From IMG/VR virus record IMGVR_UViG_2706794662_000011: a stretch of DNA of 10,220 nucleotides; one strand, written 5' to 3'. Below are positions 1-7,117 of the stretch, one piece after another. The translations under genes and the position numbers were made by a program. Within the stretch, counting starts at the first letter, position 1. Each line of letters begins with the position of its first letter. The notes under the pieces are model-generated. The model did not search any database. It was not told the DNA's origin and was given only the letters and a program-made list of their open reading frames with translations. Origin of the DNA: a virus (lineage: Duplodnaviria > Heunggongvirae > Uroviricota > Caudoviricetes).

Positions 1-72
1 GGGAAAAATATCATCAGATGGCTGCTTAAAAAAAGAACAAATGGTAGTGTCCGCTATTGCCAGTACACCTCA
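1..72. repeat. Left copy of a 72-bp perfect terminal inverted repeat; its partner is 10149..10220
   Basis: The reverse complement of 10149..10220 is identical to 1..72 by direct comparison. The sequences diverge immediately inside (tccatcacc versus gttagtcag). Confidence 0.9.
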
Positions 73-271
73 TCCATCACCGAAAAAAATTGGCTTTTAC
101 ACCATTGGCGATAAAAGCATTTACCTGTATGACCTACGCCGCATGGATGAAATCATGGAGGCTCTTGATAATCGTTCGTCGATGGATTGGTGTGTTGCTG
201 TTCATGATATGAATGCAGGGTTTGATGAAAAGATTTTGTTCCCCTCATCAGTTGAAAGCACTGCGGGTTAA
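41..271 (+). CDS. Hypothetical protein, 76 aa from the first ATG; the reading frame stays open to the window edge, so the true start may lie upstream
   Basis: ORF from the track; no in-frame stop between position 2 and 41. Stop TAA at 269..271 is followed by AGGAG and the ATG at 282, which suggests translational coupling. The N-terminus is encoded inside the terminal inverted repeat. Confidence 0.4.
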   Translation: MVVSAIASTPHPSPKKIGFYTIGDKSIYLYDLRRMDEIMEALDNRSSMDWCVAVHDMNAGFDEKILFPSSVESTAG

Positions 272-281
272 GGAGTAACAC

Positions 282-449
282 ATGACCACTATTACCAAAG
301 AACGTATTGAATTGTTCATTAAAAACCCGCTTGAAAACGGGCTTACCCGTGGTGAACAAATGGAACTGGCACGGATTGCGCTGGCATCGCTGGAAGCAGA
401 GCCGGTTGTGTTCTGGTTTGAAAAATATCAAGAAGGGGCTACGGCATGA
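282..449 (+). CDS. Small hypothetical protein, 55 aa ([55 protein letters not shown])
   Basis: Below the ORF-track size cutoff, translated by hand. AGGAG lies 6 nt upstream. Its stop overlaps the next start (ATGA at 446..449). Shares the motif IAL-SL-AEP with the next ORF. Confidence 0.45.
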   Translation: MTTITKERIELFIKNPLENGLTRGEQMELARIALASLEAEPVVFWFEKYQEGATA

Positions 450-790
450 CGACTTTTACCAGAGAGCAGTTAATAGCTCACGCAGAGGAGACTATTGAAG
501 CACAGAGACTGTGCATACCGGGCACAATCGACCATGACATCATCCGCACATATAAGATGGATATTGCTGTTCTGGAAATCGCACTGGTATCGCTGGCAGC
601 AGAGCCAGCCGGTAAATTGCATGAATACAAACCAGTGGGATATCAGCGTCTGGTCGATGAGTTAACCATGCTGGTAAAGCAGTTAACCTGGCAACTGAGA
701 AAAGCGAAGCCAGACTGCAAATTACCGGATAAGGCGATGAGTTATCTGGAGCGGAACGGACTGATAAGCGTGGAGGATATTTTACGATGA
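446..790 (+). CDS. Hypothetical prophage protein, 114 aa, paralogous to the preceding small ORF
   Basis: ORF from the track. ATGA overlap with the upstream ORF and with the downstream 27-aa ORF. Shared motifs are MTT-T-E and EIAL-SLAAEP. Confidence 0.5.
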   Translation: MTTFTREQLIAHAEETIEAQRLCIPGTIDHDIIRTYKMDIAVLEIALVSLAAEPAGKLHEYKPVGYQRLVDELTMLVKQLTWQLRKAKPDCKLPDKAMSYLERNGLISVEDILR

Positions 791-870
791 CCTGGCCTGA
801 AGCATTAACAACGGTAGGAATTGCGATGGCGGTGGCGCTGGTGGTGTATTCGATTTGCCGCTGGGGATAA
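787..870 (+). CDS. Candidate 27-aa hydrophobic membrane peptide ([27 protein letters not shown])
   Basis: ATG at 787 overlaps the stop of the upstream ORF (ATGA). One predicted transmembrane-like hydrophobic stretch. Hand translation, too short for the ORF track. Confidence 0.25.
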   Translation: MTWPEALTTVGIAMAVALVVYSICRWG

Positions 871-911
871 AAACGGTTTGCGGGAAAAGGAGAGTTAAGT
901 AGAATTGCAGC

Positions 912-1081
912 GGGTGCTTGAGGCTATCTGTCTCAGGCATGAACACCAAAAGGCAGATAGAGAAAAGCCCCAGTTAACATTACGCGTCCGGCAAGACGCT
1001 TAACATTAATCTGAGGCTCAATCTATGAACGGCAAATCTAGGTTAGCCTCTTACGTGCCGAAAGGCAAGGAGAAGCAGGCT
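912..1081 (+). promoter_or_regulatory. hok mRNA 5' leader: a 5' element complementary to the 3' fold-back element, plus the mok-like start region that Sok would target
   Basis: gggtgcttgagg at 912..923 is complementary to cctcaatgcaccc at 1287..1299, which is the long-range 5'-3' pairing typical of hok-family mRNAs. The leader resembles the plasmid R1 hok leader (gcttgaggct and the aggagaag-N-ATGAA start region). Confidence 0.5.
955..1045 (-). ncRNA. Putative Sok-like antisense RNA; coordinates are approximate
   Basis: Inferred from the hok/sok family layout, where the antisense RNA covers the mok-like start region (in-frame ATG at 1025). Neither the promoter nor the 3' end was located. Confidence 0.3.
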
Positions 1082-1237
1082 ATGAAGCAGCAAAAGGCGA
1101 TGTTAATCGCCCTGATCGTCATCTGTTTAACCGTCATAGTGACGGCACTGGTAACGAGGAAAGACCTCTGCGAGGTACGAATTCGAACCGGCCAGACGGA
1201 GGTCGCTGTCTTCACAGCTTACGAACCTGAGGAGTAA
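1082..1237 (+). CDS. hokD: Hok/Gef family type I toxin, 51 aa (MKQQKAMLIALIVICLTVIVTALVTRKDLCEVRIRTGQTEVAVFTAYEPEE). An in-frame upstream ATG at 1025 would give a 70-aa mok-like extension.
   Basis: The sequence matches my recollection of HokD/RelF: a transmembrane helix followed by the conserved C-E-hydrophobic-R motif. The flanking mRNA has hok-type leader and 3' elements. Confidence 0.85.
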   Translation: MKQQKAMLIALIVICLTVIVTALVTRKDLCEVRIRTGQTEVAVFTAYEPEE

Positions 1238-1305
1238 GAGACCAGGCGGGGGAGAAATCCCTCGCCACCTCTGATGGGTCAGGCATCCTCAATGCACCCA
1301 CACTT

Positions 1306-1333
1306 AACCCGCTTCGGCGGGTTTTTGTTTTTA
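1306..1333 (+). terminator. Intrinsic terminator at the 3' end of the hok mRNA
   Basis: Stem aacccgc, loop ttcg, stem gcgggtt, followed by tttttgttttt. Confidence 0.65.
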
Positions 1334-1457
1334 TTTTCAACGCGTTTGAAGTTTTAGATGGTGCCGGAATAGAATCAAAAATACTTAAGTAGCGCGCAGG
1401 GAGAAGAGGGATGGACCCCGAACAGGGGAGTGCTATTTATCTGGAAGGATTCTGTTG

Positions 1458-1718
1458 ATGAAAATCGAAGAATTACGTGAAATTTTTAGTGAAGATGGCC
1501 TCTATACTGTGCGCGTTGAGAATGGCGCTATTGTCAGCCACTGCCGTATTAAATGTTTACAGTCTCAACAAAGGAAGAGTGGAGCTGCGTTAATTCATTT
1601 TGTGGATGGGCTTGTGACGGATGGTTTTATTTCGCGTGCAAATGAATTTGTCACATCGTTGCCGTCTCTGAAAGAAGCTGGGATTAAGGCTGGTTTTTCT
1701 GCTTTTGAAGATGAGTGA
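1458..1718 (+). CDS. Small hypothetical protein, 86 aa, likely Rem-like by position (hokD, rem, ydfU, Q order as in the Qin prophage)
   Basis: ORF from the track with the ATG at 1458 preferred over TTG at 1455. GGAAGGA lies 8 nt upstream. Assignment is by synteny only. Confidence 0.5.
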   Translation: MKIEELREIFSEDGLYTVRVENGAIVSHCRIKCLQSQQRKSGAALIHFVDGLVTDGFISRANEFVTSLPSLKEAGIKAGFSAFEDE

Positions 1719-1784
1719 ATTCATCTACAATTCAGCGCAGGGCTGAACCCCTGTTGAGTAACACTGTGCCACCGGAGAAAGCCG

Positions 1785-2063
1785 ATGGCGCAAAATTCCA
1801 GACTACACAATTCTGATAATTCAGCCGTCTTTGCCAGCAGGCACGGGCGGCGCTCTCACGCATTTAAATCTGATTGGTACCAGCATCCCCCATGCACTGA
1901 AGAACAGGCCGAATGGCTCATTCAGTGTTACCGCAGGCGCGGATGCGAGGTTAAAAAAGCCCTTAGCCTCGACTACCGTCACTGGATAATCTCCGTCAGG
2001 CTCCCTTACTCCGAACGGCCAACGCGTCCGTCCCGCACATTCCAGCAACGGATCTGGAGGTAA
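1785..2063 (+). CDS. Hypothetical Arg-rich protein, 92 aa
   Basis: GGAG lies 6 nt upstream of the ATG. The stop sits next to the RBS and GTG start of the following gene. The overlapping minus-strand ORF 1821..2246 is taken as spurious. Confidence 0.45.
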   Translation: MAQNSRLHNSDNSAVFASRHGRRSHAFKSDWYQHPPCTEEQAEWLIQCYRRRGCEVKKALSLDYRHWIISVRLPYSERPTRPSRTFQQRIWR

Positions 2064-2064
2064 T

Positions 2065-3123
2065 GTGCGGGTATTACTTCGACCTGTTCTGGTACCGGAA
2101 CTCGGTCTGGTTATCGTTAAGCCAGGCCGTGAATCAATGTCAGCATTCCATAACGGCAGAATACTGGTGGAGCCGGAACCAAAAAGCATGCGTAATCTGC
2201 CGTCCGGGGTCGTTCCTGCCGCTCGCCAGCCGCTGGTGGAAGACAAAACATTGCTGCCGTTTTTCAGTAACGCACGGGTGATTCGTGCTGCTGGTGGTGC
2301 TGGTGCATTGTCTGACTGGCTGTTGCGCCATATTAAATCCTGCCAGTGGCCACACGGCGATTATCATCACAGCGAAACCGTCATTCACCGTTATGGTACC
2401 GGCGCAATGGTGTTGTGCTGGCACTGCGACAACCAGCTGCGTGACCAGACATCCGAATCACTCGAGCAACTTGCTCATCAAAACCTGTCAGCATGGATGA
2501 TTGACGTCATCGGTCACGCAATAAGCGGTACGCAGGAGCGTGAATTATCTCTGGCTGAATTATCCTGGTGGGCGGTCCGCAATCAGGTGGCGGACGCGCT
2601 ACCGGAAGCGGTATTACGTCGTTCGCTGGGGTTGCGTGCGGAAAAAATTCGCTCTGTGTACAGTGAAAGCGACATCATACCGGGAGAGCAGACAGCCACC
2701 AGCATACTGAAGCAGCGCACAAAAAATATTGCGTTACTGCCTCACGTCCACCAGCAACAGAACCCACCACAGGAAAAGACGGTGGTCAGCATTGCCGTTG
2801 ATCCGGAGTCACCGGCTCAGTATCTCCAGCGCCAGAAATCACAACGGGAAGAGATGCCTGTATACACGCGCTGGGTAAAAACGCAGAAATGCATGACGTG
2901 TGGCAATCAGGCAGATGATCCGCATCACATCATTGGTCATGGACTGGGAGGGATGGGAACAAAGGCTGATGATTTGTTTGTTATTCCGTTATGCCGTAAA
3001 TGCCGTAACGAACTACATGCCGGAGTAAAAGATTTTGAAGAGAAACACGGCAGTCAGCTGTTGTTGCTGATTCGTTTTTTAATGCACGCGAGAAATTCGG
3101 GTGTTCTGAAGTGGAAAGCATAA
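2065..3123 (+). CDS. ydfU: DUF968 family prophage protein (YdfU-like), 352 aa, with a C-terminal HNH/zinc-ribbon-like motif (CMTCGNQADDPHHIIGHGLGG...LCRKCRNELH)
   Basis: GTG start preceded by GGAGG. Its position just upstream of rusA and Q matches the lambdoid nin region. The Cys/His motif was read directly from the translation. Confidence 0.7.
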   Translation: MRVLLRPVLVPELGLVIVKPGRESMSAFHNGRILVEPEPKSMRNLPSGVVPAARQPLVEDKTLLPFFSNARVIRAAGGAGALSDWLLRHIKSCQWPHGDYHHSETVIHRYGTGAMVLCWHCDNQLRDQTSESLEQLAHQNLSAWMIDVIGHAISGTQERELSLAELSWWAVRNQVADALPEAVLRRSLGLRAEKIRSVYSESDIIPGEQTATSILKQRTKNIALLPHVHQQQNPPQEKTVVSIAVDPESPAQYLQRQKSQREEMPVYTRWVKTQKCMTCGNQADDPHHIIGHGLGGMGTKADDLFVIPLCRKCRNELHAGVKDFEEKHGSQLLLLIRFLMHARNSGVLKWKA

Positions 3124-3504
3124 ATGACCGAGCGCATAGAATTTGTTTTACCTTACCCGCCGACGGTGAACACTTACTGGCGTCGTCGTGGCAGCACATA
3201 TTTTGTATCAAAAGCCGGGGAGCGTTATCGCCGGGCAGTGGCGCTTATTGTTCGCCAGCAGCGGCTGAAATTAAGCCTGTCCGGAAGGTTGGCAATAAAA
3301 ATTATTGCAGAACCACCGGATAAGCGCCGCCGTGACCTGGACAATATTCTGAAAGCGCCGCTGGATGCGCTGACGCATGCGGGGTTGCTAATGGACGATG
3401 AGCAGTTTGATGAAATCAATATCGTTCGTGCTCAGCCAGTATCTGGTGGACGTCTGGGGGTGAAGATTTATCCCATAATGCTTGAAGGGCAGGTCAAAAA
3501 ATGA
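3124..3504 (+). CDS. rusA: RusA-family Holliday junction resolvase, 126 aa
   Basis: Motifs LPYPPTVNTYWRRRG and DKRRRDLDNILKAPLDALTHAGLLMDDEQ match the RusA family (catalytic acidic cluster). The ATG abuts the ydfU stop, and the position just before Q is canonical. Confidence 0.85.
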   Translation: MTERIEFVLPYPPTVNTYWRRRGSTYFVSKAGERYRRAVALIVRQQRLKLSLSGRLAIKIIAEPPDKRRRDLDNILKAPLDALTHAGLLMDDEQFDEINIVRAQPVSGGRLGVKIYPIMLEGQVKK

Positions 3505-4322
3505 AACTGGAAGATTTACCGAAATACTACTCCCCAAAATCCCCCGGCCTGACTGATGCATCGGCCTCAACGTCGAAAGATGCGCTGAGTATCACTGATG
3601 TGATGGCCGCGCAGGGCATGACACAGAATCGGGCTGAGATGGGGGTTTCTGCGTTCCTTGGGAAAATGGGCATTAGTATGAATGACAGAGAGCGGGCAAC
3701 AGAATTGCTGACAGAATATGCACTCAGTCGGTGTGATCGCGTGGCGGCGTTAAGAAAACTCCCGGCAGAAATAAAACCGGCAGTGATGCGTATTATGGCT
3801 TCGTATGCGTTTGAAGATTATGCCCGTAGCGCGGCGAGCAAAAAACAGTGCCCCTGCTGTCACGGAAAAAAATTTATTGAAAGCGAGGTTTTTACAAACA
3901 AGATCCAGTATCCGGATGGTAAGCCGCCGGTATGGGCAAAGTGTACGAAAGGTGTGTATCCGTCTTACTGGGAAGAATGGAAAAAAGTCAGGGAGGTGGT
4001 AAAAGTTGCCTGTCCGGAGTGTGGCGGAAAGGGTGAGGTTTCCACCGCCTGTAAGGATTGCCGTGGGCGTGGTGTCGCCATTCATCGTGAAGAGTCGGTA
4101 AAACGTGGTATGCCTGTTATCAGAGACTGCCAGCGTTGTGGTGGTCGTGGCTATGAAAGACTACCATCAACGGAGGCATTTAATGCTATATGCGAGGTGA
4201 CAAACCAGATAACACGCGCGTCATGGGAAAAAACAGTTAAGAAATTTTATGATGCGCTGGTGACCCGGTTTGATATTGAAGAAGCATGGGCTGAGCGGCA
4301 GTTAAAAAAGGTAACTAGGTAA
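3501..4322 (+). CDS. Late-gene antiterminator Q-like protein (phage 82/QuuQ type), 273 aa, with four CxxCxGxG zinc-finger repeats
   Basis: ATGA overlap with rusA. Lies directly upstream of a candidate promoter plus terminator. Repeats are CPCCHG, CPECGGKG, CKDCRGRG and CQRCGGRG. Confidence 0.6.
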   Translation: MKLEDLPKYYSPKSPGLTDASASTSKDALSITDVMAAQGMTQNRAEMGVSAFLGKMGISMNDRERATELLTEYALSRCDRVAALRKLPAEIKPAVMRIMASYAFEDYARSAASKKQCPCCHGKKFIESEVFTNKIQYPDGKPPVWAKCTKGVYPSYWEEWKKVREVVKVACPECGGKGEVSTACKDCRGRGVAIHREESVKRGMPVIRDCQRCGGRGYERLPSTEAFNAICEVTNQITRASWEKTVKKFYDALVTRFDIEEAWAERQLKKVTR

Positions 4323-4327
4323 CAAGG

Positions 4328-4355
4328 TTGATTTTTCCGGAATCTGTGGTAAATT
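4328..4355 (+). promoter_or_regulatory. Candidate late promoter (pR'-like), where a Q-utilisation site would be expected
   Basis: -35 TTGATT at 4328..4333, a 16-bp spacer ending in TGG (extended -10 TGn), and -10 TAAATT at 4350..4355. It lies between Q and the first downstream terminator. Confidence 0.4.
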
Positions 4356-4402
4356 CGTCATAACGATGGGCGTTTTATGCCTGACGTTAGAAGAGTTTCT
4401 AC

Positions 4403-4428
4403 AACCCGCCGCCGAGCGGGTTTTTTAT
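4403..4428 (+). terminator. Intrinsic terminator (tR'-like) about 50 nt downstream of the candidate late promoter
   Basis: Stem aacccgc, loop cgccga, stem gcgggtt, followed by ttttttat. Confidence 0.55.
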
Positions 4429-4546
4429 GACTGAAATCGCGTCAGTACAGTAAACGCGCTGGTGGCGGTGAATACCTGTCTTTCAGCTTGCTGGCTTTTT
4501 CGACAAGAGTTATTGGTGTGTCACGTTAACCGGAAAAGGAAAAGAC

Positions 4547-4744
4547 ATGCTAAAACAGCAGGATATGACAGAAACCGCCAGAGTGGTGTTTAATGAATTA
4601 AGCGTTACCGAACCGGCGACAGTCGGGGAGATAGCGCAGAATACTTACCTTTCACGCGAACGCTGCCAGTTAATACTGACCCAGCTGGTTATGGCGGGTC
4701 TGGCAGACTATCAGTTCGGTTGTTACAGACGCCTTCCGCAGTGA
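4547..4744 (+). CDS. Small putative winged-helix/HTH DNA-binding protein, 65 aa
   Basis: RBS aaggaaaag upstream of the ATG. The segment ATVGEIAQNTYLSRERCQLILTQLVMAGL looks like an HTH recognition region. It is the first ORF after the tR'-like terminator. Confidence 0.45.
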   Translation: MLKQQDMTETARVVFNELSVTEPATVGEIAQNTYLSRERCQLILTQLVMAGLADYQFGCYRRLPQ

Positions 4745-4771
4745 AGGCTTTTTTATTTGTGGTAAATGGGC

Positions 4772-4802
4772 GGCTGGTGGGTGTTAGGGGCACCCACCAG
4801 CC
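4772..4802. promoter_or_regulatory. Perfect 12-bp inverted repeat with a 7-nt spacer (GGCTGGTGGGTG ttagggg CACCCACCAGCC); candidate operator or RNA stem-loop
   Basis: Read directly. No T-tract follows on either strand. It sits between the HTH ORF and the methyltransferase. Confidence 0.5.
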
Positions 4803-4876
4803 ATCTGCTCATGCGTTGGGTTCACAAGCAAACCTCAGGCCCACTGCTTTGCGCAAAAGCAGAATGAGCCTATCAG

Positions 4877-5136
4877 NNNNNNNNNNNNNNNNNNNNNNNN
4901 NNNNNNNNNNNNNNNNNNNNNNNNNNNNNNNNNNNNNNNNNNNNNNNNNNNNNNNNNNNNNNNNNNNNNNNNNNNNNNNNNNNNNNNNNNNNNNNNNNNN
5001 NNNNNNNNNNNNNNNNNNNNNNNNNNNNNNNNNNNNNNNNNNNNNNNNNNNNNNNNNNNNNNNNNNNNNNNNNNNNNNNNNNNNNNNNNNNNNNNNNNNN
5101 NNNNNNNNNNNNNNNNNNNNNNNNNNNNNNNNNNNN
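4877..5136. other. N-masked gap (260 N); hides the 5' part of the methyltransferase gene
   Basis: Run of n characters. Confidence 1.
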
Positions 5137-5921
5137 TGATGCGTGAACGCTTCAGTGTGCTGAACCATATTATCTGGGCGAAGCCGTCCGGACGCTGGAA
5201 CGGATGCAACAAGGAAAGCCTGCGGGCGTATTTCCCCGCCACAGAGCGCATTCTGTTCGCGGAACATTATCAGGGGCCGTATCGTCCGAAAGATGCCGGG
5301 TATGCGGCGAAGGGCAGTGCACTGAAACAGCATGTGATGGCCCCGCTGATTTCTTACTTTCGTGATGCGCGAGCTGCCCTGGGGATAACGGCAAAACAGA
5401 TTGCAGATGCCACAGGAAAGAAAAACATGGTGTCGCACTGGTTCAGTGCCGGTCAGTGGCAGTTGCCGAATGAAAGCGATTATCTGAAATTACAGGCGCT
5501 GTTTGCCCGGGTGGCAGAAGAGAAGCATCGGCGTGGTGAACTGGAAAAGCTCCACCACCAGCTGGTGGATACGTATACCTCACTGAACCGGCAGTATGCG
5601 GAGCTGCTGAGTGAATATAAACATCTGCGGCGGTATTTTGGCGTGACGGTGCAGGTGCCGTATACCGATGTGTGGACGCATAAACCGGTGCAGTTCTATC
5701 CCGGGAAACATCCGTGCGAAAAACCGGCAGAAATGCTGCAGCAGATAATCAGCGCTAGCAGTCGTCCGGGTGACCTGATTGCAGATTTTTTCATGGGGTT
5801 GGGTTCGACAGTGAAAGCGGCACTGGCGCTCGGGCGTCGTGCAATTGGCGTTGAGCTGGAGACTGAACGTTTTGAGCAGACGGTTCGGGAAGTACAGGAT
5901 TTAGTCAGCCAGAACGGATGA
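5137..5921 (+). CDS. DNA methyltransferase, N6-adenine/N4-cytosine type (beta-class order), C-terminal 261 codons; 5' end is inside the N-gap
   Basis: Motif I-like FFMGLGST near the C-terminus, and HPCEKP. In the beta class the DPPY motif is N-terminal and would fall in the masked region. The frame is open right up to the gap edge. Confidence 0.7.
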
Positions 5922-5961
5922 TATTGAAGAATTAATTACGCGTCGTTATTATGCGGCTCCC

Positions 5962-6037
5962 GGCCCTTTAGCTCAGTGGTGAGAGCGAGCGACTCATAAT
6001 CGCCAGGTCGCTGGTTCAAATCCAGCAAGGGCCACCA
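5962..6037 (+). tRNA. tRNA with anticodon CAU, 76 nt, with encoded CCA; likely a prophage Ile2 (lysidine) tRNA, Met not excluded
   Basis: Acceptor stem ggccctt pairs with aagggcc. D-arm gctcagtggtgagagc. Anticodon loop ctcataa. T-arm gctgg-ttcaaat-ccagc. Discriminator A, then CCA. One A-C mismatch at the top of the anticodon stem. Confidence 0.85.
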
Positions 6038-6044
6038 TCACATA

Positions 6045-6078
6045 CCGCCATTAGCTCATCAGGAAAGAGCGCCAGCCT
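6045..6078 (+). tRNA. Possible 5' portion of a second tRNA, cut off by the N-gap
   Basis: D-arm-like tagctcatcaggaaagagc begins 8 nt after the first tRNA. The rest is masked, so neither fold nor anticodon can be checked. Confidence 0.25.
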
Positions 6079-6356
6079 NNNNNNNNNNNNNNNNNNNNNN
6101 NNNNNNNNNNNNNNNNNNNNNNNNNNNNNNNNNNNNNNNNNNNNNNNNNNNNNNNNNNNNNNNNNNNNNNNNNNNNNNNNNNNNNNNNNNNNNNNNNNNN
6201 NNNNNNNNNNNNNNNNNNNNNNNNNNNNNNNNNNNNNNNNNNNNNNNNNNNNNNNNNNNNNNNNNNNNNNNNNNNNNNNNNNNNNNNNNNNNNNNNNNNN
6301 NNNNNNNNNNNNNNNNNNNNNNNNNNNNNNNNNNNNNNNNNNNNNNNNNNNNNNNN
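6079..6356. other. N-masked gap (278 N)
   Basis: Run of n characters. Confidence 1.
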
Positions 6357-6504
6357 GAATCCCCCTGTGCGGAGGGGCAATCAGCGAGTAGGTATATGGG
6401 ATAATCGCGGATTCAGGTGCTGGTACTGAATTCACCGGGAGGCACCCGGCATCATGCAATGGCACATAGCGCCACTCTCCAGCCCTCTCCGGAGGGGCTT
6501 TTCT
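6357..6504 (+). ncRNA. Copy A of a structured ~150-nt repeat element ending in an intrinsic terminator; candidate small RNA
   Basis: Begins gaatccccctgtgcggaggggc at the gap edge. Middle hairpin ccggg-aggca-cccgg at 6435..6449. Terminator ccctc-tccg-gaggg plus ttttc at 6483..6504. No ORF of 60 aa or more. Confidence 0.35.
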
Positions 6505-6693
6505 GTGCCGGATACATCACAGTTTCTGGAACCTTAGGTACTACAGTATCAGTCAGGGTGCTATATTTTCAGATGTGATGAAAGCCTGTCAGCAGGCAGG
6601 GCGTATCGGAAATGACCCAGTAGAGAAAACGTTGACTCAGATACCGGTGCTGAGTTACCGGGAAACCGGCATCACATGACCGCTATCCTTCCA

Positions 6694-6721
6694 GGCCCAT
6701 CCGCTCCGGTGGGCCTTTTTA
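6694..6721 (+). terminator. Intrinsic terminator between the two repeat copies
   Basis: Stem ggcccatccg, loop ctc, stem cggtgggcc, followed by ttttta. Confidence 0.55.
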
Positions 6722-6823
6722 CTGCAGAAAACAGGTTCCCCGTTAAATGCTATGTTGCTCACAATTCAGTAAGTTGACAGTTGCCTGTCAGACTGGGCAT
6801 TTGTTAAAAAAATTTCGCATGGT

Positions 6824-6990
6824 GAATCCCCCTGAGCGGAGGGGCGACTGGTGACGGTATAATCTCTGATTATCAAAACGAGAATGACGCGGGTTTAGTG
6901 GCACCGGGCTGAACTCACCGGGAGGCACCCGGCACCATGTGCATGATGATACAGATACGCGGCTTTAGCCCCTCTCCGGAGGGGTTTTCT
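6824..6990 (+). ncRNA. Copy B of the structured repeat element; candidate small RNA
   Basis: Begins gaatccccctgagcggaggggc. Perfect TATAAT at 6858..6863. Shares with copy A the block tcaccgggaggcacccggca-catg and a terminator (cccctc-tccg-gagggg plus tttt at 6969..6988). Confidence 0.35.
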
Positions 6991-6997
6991 TGTGGGC

Positions 6998-7026
6998 AAA
7001 AAAAGCCCGCGCTGGGAGACGCGGGC
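6998..7026 (-). terminator. Minus-strand intrinsic terminator, back to back with the copy B terminator
   Basis: Stem gcccgcg (7005..7011) pairs with cgcgggc (7020..7026). The A7 run at 6998..7004 is a T-tract on the minus strand. Confidence 0.45.
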
Positions 7027-7094
7027 GGCAAGGAATAAACAATAAAACGTGAAGTAATATTTCAGCTGGCGAATAATACCCCATAGTAATCACT

Positions 7095-7117
7095 CTGCGC
7101 AACTGCGCGGTCTTTTT
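7095..7117 (+). terminator. Intrinsic terminator upstream of the esterase gene
   Basis: Stem ctgcgc, loop aact, stem gcgcgg (one G-U pair), followed by tcttttt. Confidence 0.5.

Noticed and set aside
153-431. Minus-strand ORF 153..431 (92 aa)
   Set aside because: It is antisense to two coupled plus-strand ORFs with RBS signals and has no RBS itself. Likely spurious.
1821-2500. ORFs 1821..2246 (-), 2063..2281 (+), 2140..2424 (-) and 2285..2500 (+) overlapping the 92-aa ORF and the ydfU-like gene
   Set aside because: They lie inside or antisense to a well-supported long gene with RBS and synteny, and have no start signals of their own. Most likely chance frames.
4757-4768. Second copy of the TGTGGTAAAT motif (also at 4344..4355), considered as a second promoter -10
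   Set aside because: No acceptable -35 element at the right spacing. The motif recurrence is noted, but the promoter call is too weak to list as a feature.
4720-5438. ORF-track entries 4720..5139 (+), 4809..5438 (-) and 4835..5251 (-), whose translations contain long runs of X
   Set aside because: They exist only because the N-masked gap has no stop codons. They are not evidence of coding sequence.
6016-6465. ORF-track entries 6016..6465 (-) and 6051..6380 (-) spanning the second N-gap
   Set aside because: Same artefact: frames held open by N characters. The flanking real sequence is tRNA and structured non-coding DNA.
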